Shown here: piece after piece, positions 27,401-44,200 of the stretch
How positions within the stretch are numbered: the stretch's first letter is position 1
Layout of the letters: the number at the start of each line of letters is the position of its first letter
Assembly: GCA_964016885.1 (NCBI GenBank)
Contig: OZ024744.1
Span: forward strand, 17,360,001 to 17,424,000
Direction: 5' to 3'
Length of the DNA stretch: 64,000 nucleotides
Origin: Eledone cirrhosa
Lineage: Eukaryota
Position numbers and translations under genes: made by a program
The notes under the pieces: model-generated
Seen by the model: only the letters and a program-made list of their open reading frames with translations
The model's database searches: none
Told to the model about the DNA's origin: nothing

Positions 27401-30400
27401 CACCATCAGGTATTGACGACAGGTTGATATCATTGCTAACCTTTACACCATCAGACATTGACGACAAGTTGATACACATTGCTGACCTGTACACCATCAG
27501 AAAATGACGACAGCTTGATACTCATTGCTGACCTGTACACCATCAGACATTGACGGCAGGTTGATACTCATTGCTTACCTGTACACAATCAGACATTGAC
27601 AGCAGGTTGAAACTCATTGTTGACCAGTACACCATCAGATACTGACGACAGGTTGATACTCATTGCTGACCTCTACACCATCATACATTGACGACAGGTT
27701 GATACTCATTGCTGACCTGTACACCATCAGACATTGACGACAGGTTGATACTCATTGCTGACCTGTACACCATCAGACATTGACGACAGGTTGATACTCA
27801 TTGCTGACCTTTACACCACCAGACATTGACGACAGGTTGATACTCATTGCTGACCTGTACACCGTCAGATATTGACGGCAGGTTGATACTCATTGCTGAC
27901 CTGTACACCATCAGACATTGACGGCAGGTTGATACTCATTTCTGACCTGTACACCATCATACATTGACGATAGGTTGATACTCATTGCTGACCTGTACAC
28001 CATCAGATATTGACGACATGTTGATCCTCATTGCTGACCTGTACACCATCAGACATTGACGGCAGGTTGATACTCATTGCTGACCTGTACACCATCAGAT
28101 ACTGACGACAGGTTGATACTCATTGCTGACCTGTACACCATCAAACATTGAGGGCAGGTTGATACTCATTGCTGACCTGTACACCATGAGACATTGACGG
28201 TAGGTTGATACTCATTGCTGACCTGTACACCATCAGTTATTGACGACAAGTTGATACTCATTGCTGACCTGTACACCATCAGATATTGACAGCAGGTTGA
28301 TACTCATTGCTGACCTGTACACCATCAGACATTGACGGCAGGTTGATACTCATTCCTGACCTGTACACCATCAGACATTGACGGCAGGTTGATACTCATT
28401 GCTGACCTGTACACCATCAGTTATTGACGACAGGTTGATACTCATTGCTGACCTGTACACCATCAGACATTCACGGCAGGTTGATACTCATTGCTGACCT
28501 GTACACCATCAGACATTGACGGTAGGTTGATACTCATTGCTGACCTGTACACCATCAGATACTGACGACAGGTTGATACTCATTGCTGACCTGTACACCA
28601 TCAGAATTTGACGTCAGGTTGATACTCATTGCTGACCTGTACACCATCAGACATTGACGACAGGTTGATACTCATTGCTGACATGTACACCATCAGATAC
28701 TGACGACAGGTTGATACTCATTGCTGACCTGTACACCATCAGGTATTGACGACAGGTTGGTACTCATTGTTGACCTGTACACCATCACATACTGACGACA
28801 AGTTGATACTCATTGCTCACCTGTACACCATCAGGCATTGACGGCAGGTTGATACTCATTGCTGACCTGTACACCGTCAGGTATTGACGACAGGTTGATA
28901 CTCATTGTTGACCTGTACACCATCAGACATTGATGACAGGTTGATACTCATTGCTGACCTGTACACCATCAGAATTTGACGTCAGGTTGATACTCATTGC
29001 TGACCTGTACACCATCAGACATTGACGACAGGTTGATACTCATTGCTGACCTGTACATCACATACTGACGACATGTTGATAATCATTGCTGACATGTACA
29101 CCATCAGATACTGACGACAAGTTGATACTCATTGCTGACCTGTACACCATCAGATACTGACGACAGGTTGATACTCATTGCTGACATGTACACCATCAGA
29201 TACTGACGACAGGTTCATACTCATTGCTCACCTATACACCATCAGGCATTGACGGCAGGTTGATACTCATTGCTGACCTGTACACCATCAGGTATTGACG
29301 ACAGGTTGATACTCATTGCTGACCTGTACACCATCAGGTATTGACGACAGGTTGATACTCATTGCTGACCTGAACACCATCAGACATTGACGGCAGGTTG
29401 ATACTCATTGCTGACCTGTACACCATCAGATACTGACGACAGGTTGATACTCATTGCTGACATGTACACCATCAGATACTGACGACAGGTTGATACTCAT
29501 TGCTGACCTGTACACCATCAGGTATTGACGACAGGTTGGTACTCATTGTTGACCTGTACACCATCAGACATTGACGGCAGGTTGATACTCATTGCTGACC
29601 TGTACACCATCAGATATTGACAGCAGGTTGATACTCATTGCTGACCTGTGCACCATCAGACATTGACGGCAGGTTGATACTCATTGCTGACCTGTACACC
29701 ATCAGACATTGACGGCAGGTTGATACTCATTGCTGACCTGTACACCATCAGTTATTGACGACAAGTTGATACTCATTGTTGACCTGTACACCATCAGACA
29801 TTGATGACAGGTCGATACTCATTGCTGACCTGTACACCATCAGAATTTGACGGCAGGTTGATACTCATTGCTGACCTGTACACCATCAGATTGATGACAG
29901 GTTGATACTCATTGCTGACCTGTACACCATCAGACATTGACGACAGGTTGAAACTCATTGCTGACCTGTACACCACCAGACATTGACGACAGGTTAATAC
30001 TCATTGCTGACCTGTACACCATCAGGTATTGACGGCAGGTTGATACTCATTTCTGACCTGTACACCATCAGACATTGACGATAGGTTGATACACATTGCT
30101 GACCTGTACACCATCAGATATTGACGACAGGTTGATACTCATTGCTGACCTGTACACCATCAGATATTGACGACAGGTTGATACTCATTGCTGACATGTA
30201 CACCATCAGATACTGACGACAGGTTGATACTCATTGCTCACCTGTACACCATCAGATACTGACGACATGTTGATACTCATTGCTGACATGTACACCATCA
30301 GATACTGACGACAGGTTGATACTCATTGCTGACCTGTACACCATCAGATATTGACGACAGGTTGATACTCATTGCTGACCTGTACACCATCAGATACTGA

Positions 30401-33350
30401 CGACAGGTTGATACTCATTGCTGATCTGTACACCATCAGATACTGACGACATGTTGATACTCATTGCTGACATGTACACCATCAGATACTGACGACAGGT
30501 TGATACTCATTGCTGACCTGTACACCATCAGGTATTGACGACAGGTTGGTACTCATTGTTGACCTGTACACCTTCAGATACTGATGTCAAGTTGATACTC
30601 ATTGCTCACCTGTACACCATCAGGCATTGACGGCAGGTTGATACTCATTGCTGACCTGTACACCATCAGGTATTGACGACAGGTTGATACTCATTGCTGA
30701 CCTGTACACCATCAGGTATTGACGACAGGTTGATACTCATTGCTGACCTGCACACCATCAGACATTGACGGCAGGTTGATACTCATTGCTGACCTGTACA
30801 CCATCAGATACTGACGACAGGTTGATACTCATTGCTGACATGTACACCATCAGATACTGACGACAGGTTGATACTCATTGCTGACCTGTACACCATCTGG
30901 TATTGACGACAGGTTGGTACTCATTGTTGACCTCTACACCATCAGATACTGACGACAAGTTGATACTCATTGCTGACCTGTACACCATCAGATATTGACG
31001 ACAGGTTGGTACTCATTAATGACCTGTACACCATCAGATACTGACGACAGGTTGATACTCATTGCTGACCTGTACACCATCAGGTATTGACGACAGGTTG
31101 ATACACATTGCTGACCTGTACACCATCAGACATTGACCACAGGTTGGTATTCATTGCTGACCTGTACACCATCAGATACTGACGGCAGGTTGATACTCAT
31201 TGCTGACCTGTACACCATCAGACATTGACGACAGGTTGATACTCATTGCTGACCTGTACACCATCAGACATTGACGACAGGCTGATACTCATTGCTGACC
31301 TGTACACCACCAGACATTGTCGACAGGTTGATACTCATTGCTGACCTGTACACCATCAGACATTGACGGCAGGTTGATACTCATTGCTGACCTGTACACC
31401 ATCAGACATTGACGACAGGTTGATACTCATTGCTGACCTGCACACCATCATATATTGACGACATGTTGATACTCATTGCTGACCTGTACACCATCAGACA
31501 TTGACGGCAGGTTGATACTCATTGCTGACCTGTACACCATAAGATACTGACGACAGGTTGATACTCATTGCTGACCTGTACACCATCAGACATTGACGGC
31601 AGGTTGATACATATTGCTGACCTGTACACCATCAGACATTGACGGCAGGTTGATACTCATTGCTGACCTGTACACCATCAGTTACTGACGACAAGTTGAT
31701 ACTCATTGCTGACCTGTACACCATCAGATATTGACAGCAGGTTGATACTCATTGCTGACCTGTGCACCATCAGACATTTACGGCAGGTTGATACTCATTG
31801 CTGACCTGTACACCATCAGACATTGACGGCAGGTTGATACTCATTGCTGACCTGTACACCATCAGTTATTGACGACAAGTTGATACTCATTGTTGACCTG
31901 TACACCATCAGACATTGATGACAGGTTGATACTCATTGCTGACCTGTACACCATCAGAATTTGACGGAAGGTTGATACTCATTGCTGACCTGTACACCAT
32001 CAGATTGATGACAGGTTGATACTCATTGCTGACCTGTACACCATCAGACATTGACGACAGGTTGAAACTCATTGCTGACCTGTACACCACCAGACATTGA
32101 CGACAGGTTAATACTCATTGCTGACCTGTACACCATCAGACATTGACGGCAGGTTGATACTCATTGCTGACCTGTACACCATCAGACATTGACGACAGGT
32201 TGATACTCATTGCTGACCTGTACACCATCAGACATTGACGATAGGTTGATACACATTGCTGACCTGTACACCATCAGATATTGACGACATGTTGATACTC
32301 ATTGCTGACCTGTACACCATCAGGTATTGACGACAGGTTGATACTCATTGCTGACCTGTACACCATCAGACATTGACGGCAGGTTGATACTCATTGCTGA
32401 CCTGTACACCATCAGATACTGACAACAGCTTGATACTCATTGCTGACCTGTACACCATCAGACATTGACGGTAGGTTGATACTCATTGCTGACCTGTACA
32501 CCATCAGATATTGACAGCAGGTTGATACTCATTGCTGACCTCTACACCATCATACATTGACCACAGGTTGATACTCATTGCTGACCTGTACGCCATCAGA
32601 CATTGACGAGAGTTTAATACTCATTGCTGACCTGTACACCATCAGGTATTGACGGCAGGTTGATACTCATTTCTGACCTGTACACCATCAGACATTGACG
32701 GCAGGTTGATACTCATTGCTGACCTGTACACCATCAGATATTGACGACATGTTGATACTCATTGCTGACCTGTACACTATCAGACATTGACGGCAGGTTG
32801 ATACTCATTGCTGACCTGTACACTATCAGATACTGACGACAGGTTGATACTCATTGGTGACCTGTACACCATCAGACATTGACGGCAGGTTGATACTCAT
32901 TGCTGACCTGTACACCATCAGATATTGACGGCAGGTTGATACTCATTGCTGACCTGTACACCATCAGTTATTGACGACAAGTTGATACTCATTGCTGACC
33001 TGTACACCATCAGATATTGACAGCAGGTTGATACTCATTGCTGACCTGTACACCATCAGACATTGACGCAGGTTGATACTCATTGCCCACCTGTACACCT
33101 TCAGGTATTGACGGCAGGTTGATACTCATTGCTGACCTGTACACCATCACTTATTGACGACAGGTTGATACTCATTGCTGACATGTACACCATCAGACAT
33201 TGACGGCAGGTTGATACTCATTGCTGACCTGTACACCATCAGACATTACGGTAGGTTGATACTCATTGCTGACCAGTACAACATCAGTTATTGACGACAA
33301 GTTGATACTCATTGTTAACCTGTACACCATCAGACATTGACGACATGTTG
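12403..33350. repeat. Tandem duplication of a ~10.4-10.5 kb block (~227-229 monomers): ~12403-22827 and ~22828-33350
   Basis: Shared rare markers: gttgatacgcatttctgagc at 12541/22966 (+10425), aaacattg...gttactcatagtt at 14913/25340 (+10427), ORF markers at 19367/29794 (+10427) and 21389/31908 (+10519), and cattacggtagg near 22725/33244. Confidence 0.92.
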
Positions 33351-33699
33351 ATACTCATTGCTGACCTGTACACCATCAGGTATTGACGACAGGTTGATAC
33401 ACATTGCTGAACTGTACACCATCAGACATTGACCACAGGTTGGTATTCATTGCTGACCTGTACACCATCAGATACTGACGGCAGGTTGATACTCATTGCT
33501 GACCTGTACACAATCAGACACTGACGGCAGGTTGATACTCATTGGTGACCTGTACACCATCAGACATTGACGGCAGGTTGATACTCATTGCTGACCTGTA
33601 CACCATCAGTTATTGACGACAAGTTGATACTCATTGTTAACCTGTACACCATCAGACATTGACGACATGTTGATACTCATTGCTGACCTGTACACCATC

Positions 33700-35850
33700 A
33701 GGTATTGACGACAGGTTGATACACATTGCTGACCTGTACACCATCAGACATTGACCACAGGTTGGTATTCATTGCTGACCTGTACACCGTCAGATACTGA
33801 CGGCAGGTTGATACTCATTGCTGACCTGTACACCATCAGACATTGACGACAGGTTGATACTCATTGCTGACCTGTACACCATCAGACATTGACGACAGGC
33901 TGATACTCATTGCTGACCTGTACACCACCAGACATTGTCGACAGGTTGATACTCATTGCTGACCTGTACACCATCAGACATTGACGGCAGGTTGATACTC
34001 ATTGATGACCTGCACACCATCAGACATTGACGACAGGTTGATACTCATTGCTGACCTGCACACCATCATATATTGACGACATGTTGATACTCATTGCTGA
34101 CCTGTACACCATCAGACATTGACGGCAGGTTGATACTCATTGCTGAACTGTACACCATCAGATACTGACGACAGGTTGATACTCATTGCTGACCTGTACA
34201 CCATCAGACATTGACGGCAGGTTGATACTCATTGCTGACCTGTACACCATCAGACATTGACGGCAGGTTGATACTCATTGCTGACCTGTACACCATCAGT
34301 TACTGACGACAAGTTGATACTCATTGCTGACCTGTACACCATCAGATATTGACAGCAGGTTGATACTCATTGCTGACCTGTGCACCATCAGACATTTACG
34401 GCAGGTTGATACTCATTGCTGACCTGTACACCATCAGACATTGACGGCAGGTTGATACTCATTGCTGACCTGTACACCATCAGTTATTGACGACAAGTTG
34501 ATACTCATTGTTGACCTGTACACCATCAGACATTGATGACAGGTTGATACTCATTGCTGACCTGTACACCATCAGAATTTGACGGCAGGTTGATACTCAT
34601 TGCTGACCTGTACACCATCAGATTGATGACAGGTTGATACTCATTGCTGACCTGTACACCACCAGACATTGACGACAGGTTAATACTCATTGCTGACCTG
34701 TACACCATCAGACATTGACGGCAGGTTGATACTCATTGCTGACCTGTACACCATCAGACATTGACGACAGGTTGATACTCATTGCTGACCTGTACACCAT
34801 CAGACATTGACGATAGGTTGATACACATTGCTGACCTGTACACCATCAGATAATGACGACATGTTGATACTCATTGCTGACCTGTACACCATCAGGTATT
34901 GACGACAGGTTGATACTCATTGCTGACCTGTACACCATCAGACATTGACGGCAGGTTGATACTCATTGCTGACCTGTACACCATCAGTTATTGACGACAA
35001 GTTGATACTCATTGCTGACCTGTACGCCATCAGACATTGACGGTAGGTTGATACTCATTGCTGACCTGTACACCATCAGATATTGACAGCAGGTTGATAC
35101 TCATTGCTGACCTGTACACCATCAGACATTGACCACAGGTTGATACTCATTGCTGACCTGTACGCCATCAGACATTGACGAGAGTTTAATACTCATTGCT
35201 GACCTGTACACCATCAGGTATTGACGGCAGGTTGATACTCATTTCTGACCTGTACACCATCAGACATTGACGGCAGGTTGATACTCATTGCTGACCTGTA
35301 CACCATCAGATATTGACGACATGTTGATACTCATTGCTGACCTGTACACTATCAGACATTGACGGCAGGTTGATACTCATTGCTGACCTGTACACTATCA
35401 GATACTGACGACAGGTTGATACTCATTGCTGACCTGTACACCATCAGACATTGACGGCAGGTTGATACTCATTGCTGACCTGTACACCATCAGATATTGA
35501 CGGCAGGTTGATACTCATTGCTGACCTGTACACCATCAGTTATTGACGACAAGTTGATACTCATTGCTGACCTGTACACCATCAGATATTGACAGCAGGT
35601 AGATACTCATTGCTGACCTGTACACCATCAGACATTGACGCAGGTTGATACTCATTGCCCACCTGTACACCGTCAGGTAATGACGGCAGGTTGATACTCA
35701 TTGCTGACCTGTACACCATCACTTATTGACGAAAGGTTGATACTCATTGCTGACATGTACACCATCAGACATTGACGGCAGGTTGATACTCATTGCTGAC
35801 CTGTACACCATCAGACATTACGGTAGGTTGATACTCATTGCTGACCAGTA
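33700..35850. repeat. Additional partial copy (~2.1 kb) of the 31.1-33.3 kb segment
   Basis: Same marker order as 31.1-33.3 kb: gaccacaggttggtatt, cattgtcgac, tgtgcacc, cagattgat, gacgagagttt, gacgcagg, cattacggt. The ORF offset is 34526-31908=2618, and one monomer is missing after 34650. Confidence 0.85.
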
Positions 35851-38269
35851 CACCATCAGATACTGACGACAGGTTGATACTCATTGCTGACCTGTACACA
35901 ATCAGACACTGACGGCAGGTTGATACTCATTGGTGACCTGTACACCATCAGACATTGACGGCAGGTTGATACTCATTGCTGACCTGTACACCATCAGTTA
36001 TTGACGAGAAGTTGATACTCATTGTTGACCTGTACACCATCAGACATTGATGACAGGTTGATACTCATTGCTGACCTGCACACCATCAGAATTTGACGGC
36101 AGGTTGATACTCATTGCTGACATGTACACCATCAGACATTGACGACAGGTTGATTCTCATTGCTGACCTGTACACCATCAGATACTGACGACAAGTTGAT
36201 ACTCATTGCACACCTGTACACCATCAGGCATTGACGGCAGGTTGATACTCATTGCTGACCGGTACACCATCAGGTATTGACGACAGGTTGATACTCATTG
36301 CTGACCTGTACACCATCAGACATTGACGGCAGGTTGGTACTCATTGCTGACCTATACACCATCAGACACTGACGGCAGGTTGATACTCATTGCTGACCTG
36401 TACACCATCAGATACTGACGACAGGTTGATACTCATTGCTGACCTGTACACCATCAGACATTGATGACAGGTTGATACTCCTTGCTGACCTGTACACCAT
36501 CAGACATTGACGACAGGTTGATACTCATTGCTGACCTGTACACCATAAGGCATTGACAGCAGGTTGATACTCATTGCTGACCTGTACACCATCAGACATT
36601 GACGACAGGTTGGTACTCATTGCTGACCTGTACACCATCAGATACTGACGACAGGTTGATACTCATTGCTGACCTGTACACAATCAAGTATTGACGGCAG
36701 GTTGATACTCATTGCTGACCTGTACACCATCAGACATTGACGGCAGGTTGATACTCATTGCTGACCTGTACACCTTCAGACATTGACGACAGGTTAATAC
36801 TCATTGCTGAGCTGTACACCATCAGACATTGACGACAGTTTGATACTCATTGCTGACCTGTACACCATCAGACATTGACGGCAGGTTGATACACTTTGCT
36901 GACCTGTACACCATCAGATACTGACGATCGTTTGATAATCATTGCTGGCCTGTACACCATCAGGTATTGACGACAGGCTGGTACTCATTGCTGACTTGTA
37001 CACCATCGGGTATTGACGGCAGGTTGATACACATTGTTGACCTGTACACCCTCAGACATTGACGGCAGGTTGATACACATTGCTGACCTGTACACCATCA
37101 GGTATTGACGACAGGTTGATATCATTGCTAACCTGTACACCATCAGACATTGACGACAGGTTGATACTCATTGCTGACCTGTACACCATCAGATACTGAC
37201 GACAGGTTGATACTCATTGCTGATCTGTACACCATCAGACATTGACGGCAGGTTGATACACATTGCTGACCTGTACACCATCAGATACTGACGGCAGGTT
37301 GATACTCATTGCTGCCCTGTACACCATCAGACATTGACGACAGGTTGATACTCATTGCTGACCTGTACACCATCAGATAGTGACGACATGTTGGTATTCA
37401 TTGCTGACCTGTACACCATCAGACATTGACGGCAGGTTGATACACATTGCTGACCTGTACGCCATCAGATACTGACGACAGGTTGATACTCATTGCTGAC
37501 CTGTATACCATCAGACATTGACGGAAGGTTGATACTCATTGCTGACCTGTACACCATCAGACATTGATGGTAGGTTGATACTCATTGCTGACCTGTACAC
37601 CATCAGATACTTACGACAGGTTGATACTCATTGCTGACCTGTACACCATCAGACACTGACGGCAGGTTGATACTCATTGCTGACCTGTACACCATCAGAC
37701 ATTGACGGCAGGTTGATACTCATTGCTGACCTGTACACCATCAGATACTGACGACAGGTTGATACTCATTGCTGACCTGTACACCATCAGGTATTGACGA
37801 CAGGTTGATACTCATTGCTGACCTGTACACCATCAGGTATTGACGACAGGTTGATACTCATTGCTGACCTGTAGACCATCAGACATTGACGGCAGGTTGA
37901 TACTCATTGCTGACCTGTACACCATCAGATACTGACGACTGGTTGATACTCATTGCTGACATGTACACCATCAGATACTGACGACAGGTTGATACTCATT
38001 GCTGACCTGTACACCATCAGGTATTGACGACAGGTTGGTACTCATTGTTGACCTGTACACCATCAGATACTGAAGACAAGTTGATACTCATTGCTGACCT
38101 GTACACCATCAGATATTGACGACAGTTTGGTACTCATTGATGACCTGTACACCATCAGATACTGACGAAAAGTTGATACTCATTGCTGACCTCTACACCA
38201 TCAGACATTGACCACAGGTTGGTATTCATTGCTGACCTGTACAGCATCAGATACTGACGGCAGGTTGAT

Positions 38270-41200
38270 ACTCATTGCTGACCTGTACACCATCAGATAC
38301 TGACGACAGGTTGATACTCATTGCTGACCTGTACACCATCAGACATTGATGACAGGTTGATTCTCATTGCTGACCTGTACACCATCAGACATTGACGACA
38401 GGTTGATACTCATTGCTGACCTGTACACCATCAGGTATTGACAGCAGGTTGATACTCATTGCTGACCTGTACACCATCAGACATTGACGGCAGGTTGATA
38501 CTCATTGCTGACCTCTACACCATCAGGTATTGACGACAGGTTGATACTCATTGCTGACCTGTACACCATCAGATACTGACGACAGGTTGATACTCATTGC
38601 TGACCTGTACACAATCAAGTATTGACGGCAGGTTGATACTCATTGCTGACCTGTACACCATCAGACATTGACGGCAGGTTGATACTCATTGCTGACCTGT
38701 ACACCATCAGACATTGACGACAGGTTAATACTCATTGCTGACCTGTACACCATCAGACATTGACGACAGTTTGATACTCATTGCTGACATGTACACCACC
38801 AGACATTGACGGCAGGTTGATACTCTTTGCTGACCTTTACACCATCAGATACTGACGATCGTTTGATAATCATTGCTGGCCTGTACACCATCAGGTATTG
38901 ACGACAGGTTGATACACATTGTTGACCTGTACACCATCAGAGATTGACGGCAGGTTGATACGCATTGCTGACCTGTACACCATCAGGTATTGACGACAGG
39001 TTGATAGCATTGCTAACCTGTACACCATCAGACATTGACGAGAGGTTGATACTCATTGCTGACCTGTACACCATCAGACATTGACAGCAGGTTGATACAC
39101 ATTGCTGACCTGTACACCATCATACATTGACGACGGGTTGATACTCATTGCTGACCTCTACACCATCAGACATTGACGACAGGTTAATACTCATTGATGA
39201 CCTGTACACCATCAGATATTGACGACATGTTGATACTCATTGCTGACCTGTACACCATCAGACATTGACGGCAGGTTGATACTCATTGCTGACCTGTACA
39301 CCATCAGTTATTGACGACAAGTTGATACTCATTGCTGACCTGTACACCATCAGATATTGACGACAGGTTGATACTCATTGCTGACCTGTACACCATCAGA
39401 CATTGACGGCAGGTTGATACTCATTGCTGACCTGTACACCATCAGACATTGACGGTAGGTTTATACTCATTGCTAACCTGTACACCATCAGACATTGACG
39501 GTAGGTTTATACTCATTGCTGACTTGTACACCATCAGATACTGACGACAGGTTGATACTCATTGCTGACCTGTACACCATCAGACATTGACGGCAGGTTG
39601 ATACTCATTGCTGACCTGTACACCATCAGACATTGACGACAGGTTGATACTCATTGCTGACCTGTACACCATCGGATACTGACGACAGGTTGATACTCAT
39701 TGCTGATCTGTACACCATCAGACATTGACGGCAGGTTGATACACATTGCTGACCTGTACACCATCAGATACTGACGGCAGGTTGATACTCATTGCTGCCC
39801 TGTACACCATCAGACATTGACGACAGGTTGATACTCATTGCTGACCTGTACACCACCAGACATTGACGACAGGTTGATACTCATTGCTGCCCTGTACACC
39901 ATCAAGTATTGACGGCAGGTTGATACTCATTGCTGACCTGTACACCATCAGACATTGACGGCAGGTTGGTACTCATTGCTGACCTATACACCATCAGACA
40001 CTGACGGCAGGTTGATACTCATTGCTGACCTGTACACCATCAGATACTGACGACAGGTTGATACTCATTGCTGACCTGTACACCATCAGACATTGATGAC
40101 AGGTTGATACTCATTGCTGACTTGTACACCATCAGACATTGACGACAGGTTGATACTCATTGCTGACCTGTACACCATCAGATACTGACGACAGGTTGAT
40201 ACTCATTGCTGACCTGTACACAATCAAGTATTGACGGCAGGTTGATACTCATTGCTGACCTGTACACCATCAGACATTGACGGCAGGTTGATACTCATTG
40301 CTGACCTGTACACCATCAGACATTGACGACAGGTTAATACTCATTGCTGACCTGTACACCATCAGACATTGACGACAGTTTGATACTCATTGCTGACATG
40401 TACACCACCAGACATTGACGGCGGGTTGATACTCTTTGCTGACCTTTACACCATCAGATACTGACGATCGTTTGATAATCATTGCTGGCCTGTACACCAT
40501 CAGGTATTGACGGCAGGTTGATACGCATTGCTGACCTGTACACCATCAGGTATTGACGACAGGTTGATAGCATTGCTAACCTGTACACCATCAGACATTG
40601 ACGACAGGTTGATACTCATTGCTGACCTGTACACCATCAGACATTGACAGCAGGTTGATACACATTGCTGACCTGTACACCATCATACATTGACGACGGG
40701 TTGATACTCATTGCTGACCTCTACACCATCAGACATTGACGACAGGTTAATACTCATTGATGACCTGTACACCATCAGATATTGACGACATGTTGATACT
40801 CATTGCTGACCTGTACACCATCAGACATTGACGGCAGGTTGATACTCATTGCTGACCTGTACACCATCAGTTATTGACGACAAGTTGATACTCATTGCTG
40901 ACCTGTACACCATCAGATATTGACAGCAGGTTGATACTCATTGCTGACTTGTACACCATCAGACATTGACGACAGGTTGATACTCATTGCTGACCTGTAC
41001 ACCATCAGACATTGACGGCAGGTTGATACTCATTGCTGACCTGTACACCATCAGACATTGACGGTAGGTTTATACTCATTGCTGACTTGTACACCATCAG
41101 ATACTGACGACAGGTTGATACTCATTGCTGACCTGTACACCATCAGACATTGACGGCAGGTTGATACTCATTGCTGATCTGTACACCATCAGACATTGAC

Positions 41201-44200
41201 GACAGGTTGATACTCATTGCTGACCTGTACACCATCGGATACTGACGACAGGTTGATACTCATTGCTGATCTGTACACCATCAGACATTGACGGCAGGTT
41301 GATACACATTGCTGACCTGTACACCATCAGATACTGACGGCAGGTTGATACTCATTGCTGCCCTGTACACCATCAGACATTGACGACAGGTTGATACTCA
41401 TTGCTTACCTGTACACCACCAGACATTGACGTCAGGTTGATAATCATTGCTGACCTGTACACCATCAGACATTGACGGCAGGTTGATACTCATTGCTGAC
41501 CTGTACACCATCATACATTGACGACAGTTTGATACTCATTGCTGACCTGTTCACCATCAGACATTGACGACAGGTTAATACTCATTGCTGACCTGTACAC
41601 CATCAGGTATTGACGGCAGGTTAATACTCATTTCTGACCTGTAAACCATCAGACATTGACGGCAGGTTGATACTCATTGCTGACCTGTACACCATCAGAT
41701 ATTGACGACATGTTGATACTCATTACTGACCTGTACACCATCAGACATTGACGGCAGGTTGATACTCATTGCTTACCTGTACACCATCAGATATTGACGA
41801 CATGTTGATACTCATTGCTGACCTGTACACCATCAGACATTGACGGCAGGTTGATACACATTGCTGACCTGTACGCCATCAGATACTGACGACAGGTTGA
41901 TACTCATTGCTGACCTGTACACCATCTGACATTGACGGAAGGTTGATACTCATTGCTGACCTGTACACCATCAGACATTGATGGTAGGTTGATACTCATT
42001 GCTGACCTGTACACCATCAGATACTGACGACAGGTTGATACTCATTGCTGACCTGTAACACCATCAGACACTGACGGCAGGTTTATACTCATTGCTGACC
42101 TGTACACCATCAGACATTGACGGCAGGTTGATACTCATTGCTGACCTGTACACCATCAGTTATTGACGACAAGTTGATACTCATTGTTGACCTGTACACC
42201 ATCAAACATTGATGACAGGTTGATACTCATTGCTGACCTGTACACCATCAGAATTTGACGGCAGGTTGATACTCATTGCTGACATGTACACCATCAGACA
42301 TTGACGACAGGTTGATACTCATTGCTGACCTGTACACCATCAGATACTGACGACAGTTTGATACTCATTGCTGACCTGTTCACCATCAGACATTGACGAC
42401 AGGTTAATACTCATTGCTGACCTGTACACCATCAGGTATTGACGGCAGGTTGATACTCATTTCTGACCTGTACACCATCAGATATTGACGGCAGGTTGAT
42501 ACTCATTGCTGACCTGTACACCATCAGATATTGACGACATGTTGATACTCATTACTGACCTGTACACCATCAGACATTGACGGCAGGTTGATACTCATTG
42601 CTTACCTGTACACCATCAGATATTGACGACATGTTGATACTCATTGCTGACCCGTACACCATCAGACATTGACGGCAGGTTGATACACATTGCTGACCTG
42701 TACGCCATCAGATACTGACGACAGGTTGATACTCATTGCTGACCTGTACACCATCAGACATTGACGGAAGGTTGATACTCATTGCTGACCTGTACACCAT
42801 CAGATACTGACGACAGGTTGATACTCATTGCTGACCTGTACACCATCAGACATTGATGACAGGTTGATTCTCATTGCTGACCTGTACACCATCAGACATT
42901 GACGACAGGTTGATACTCATTGCTGACCTGTACACCATCAGGTATTGACAGCAGGTTGATACTCATTGCTGACCTGTACACCATCAGACATTGACGGCAG
43001 GTTGATACTCATTGTTGACCTGTACACCATCAGGTATTGACGACATGTTGATACTCATTGCTGACCTGTACACCATCAGATACTGACGACAGGTTGATAC
43101 TCATTGCTGACCTGTACACAATCAAGTATTGACGGCAGGTTGATACTCATTGCTGACCTGTACACCATCAGACATTGACGGCAGGTTGATACTCATTGCT
43201 GACCTGTACACCATCAGACATTGACGACAGGTTAATACTCATTGCTGACCTGTACACCATCAGACATTGACGACAGTTTGATACTCATTGCTGACATGTA
43301 CACCACCAGACATTGACGGCAGGTTGATACTCTTTGCTGACCTTTACACCATCAGATACTGACGATCGTTTGATAATCATTGCTGGCCTGTACACCATCA
43401 GGTATTGACGACAGGTTGATACACATTGTTGACCTGTACACCATCAGACATTGACGGCAGGTTGATACGCATTGCTGACCTGTACACCATCAGGTATTGA
43501 CGACAGGTTGATAGCATTGCTAACCTGTACACCATCAGACATTGACGAGAGGTTGATACTCATTGCTGACCTGTACACCATCAGACATTGACAGCAGGTT
43601 GATACACATTGCTGACCTGTACACCATCATACATTGACGACGGGTTGATACTCATTGCTGACCTCTACACCATCAGACATTGACGACAGGTTAATACTCA
43701 TTGATGACCTGTACACCATCAGATATTGACGACATGTTGATACTCATTGCTGACCTGTACACCATCAGACATTGACGGCAGGTTGATACTCATTGCTGAC
43801 CTGTACACCATCAGTTATTGACGACAAGTTGATACTCATTGCTGACCTGTACACCATCAGATATTGACGACAGGTTGATACTCATTGCTGACCTGTACAC
43901 CATCAGACATTGACGGCAGGTTGATACTCATTGCTGACCTGTACACCATCAGACATTGTCGGTAGGTTTATACTCATTGCTAACCTGTACACCATCAGAC
44001 ATTGACGGTAGGTTTATACTCATTGCTGACTTGTACACCATCAGATACTGACGACAGGTTGATACTCATTGCTGACCTGTACACCATCAGACATTGACGG
44101 CAGGTTGATACTCATTGCTGACCTGTACACCATCAGACATTGACGACAGGTTGATACTCATTGCTGACCTGTACACCATCGGATACTAACGACAGGTTGA

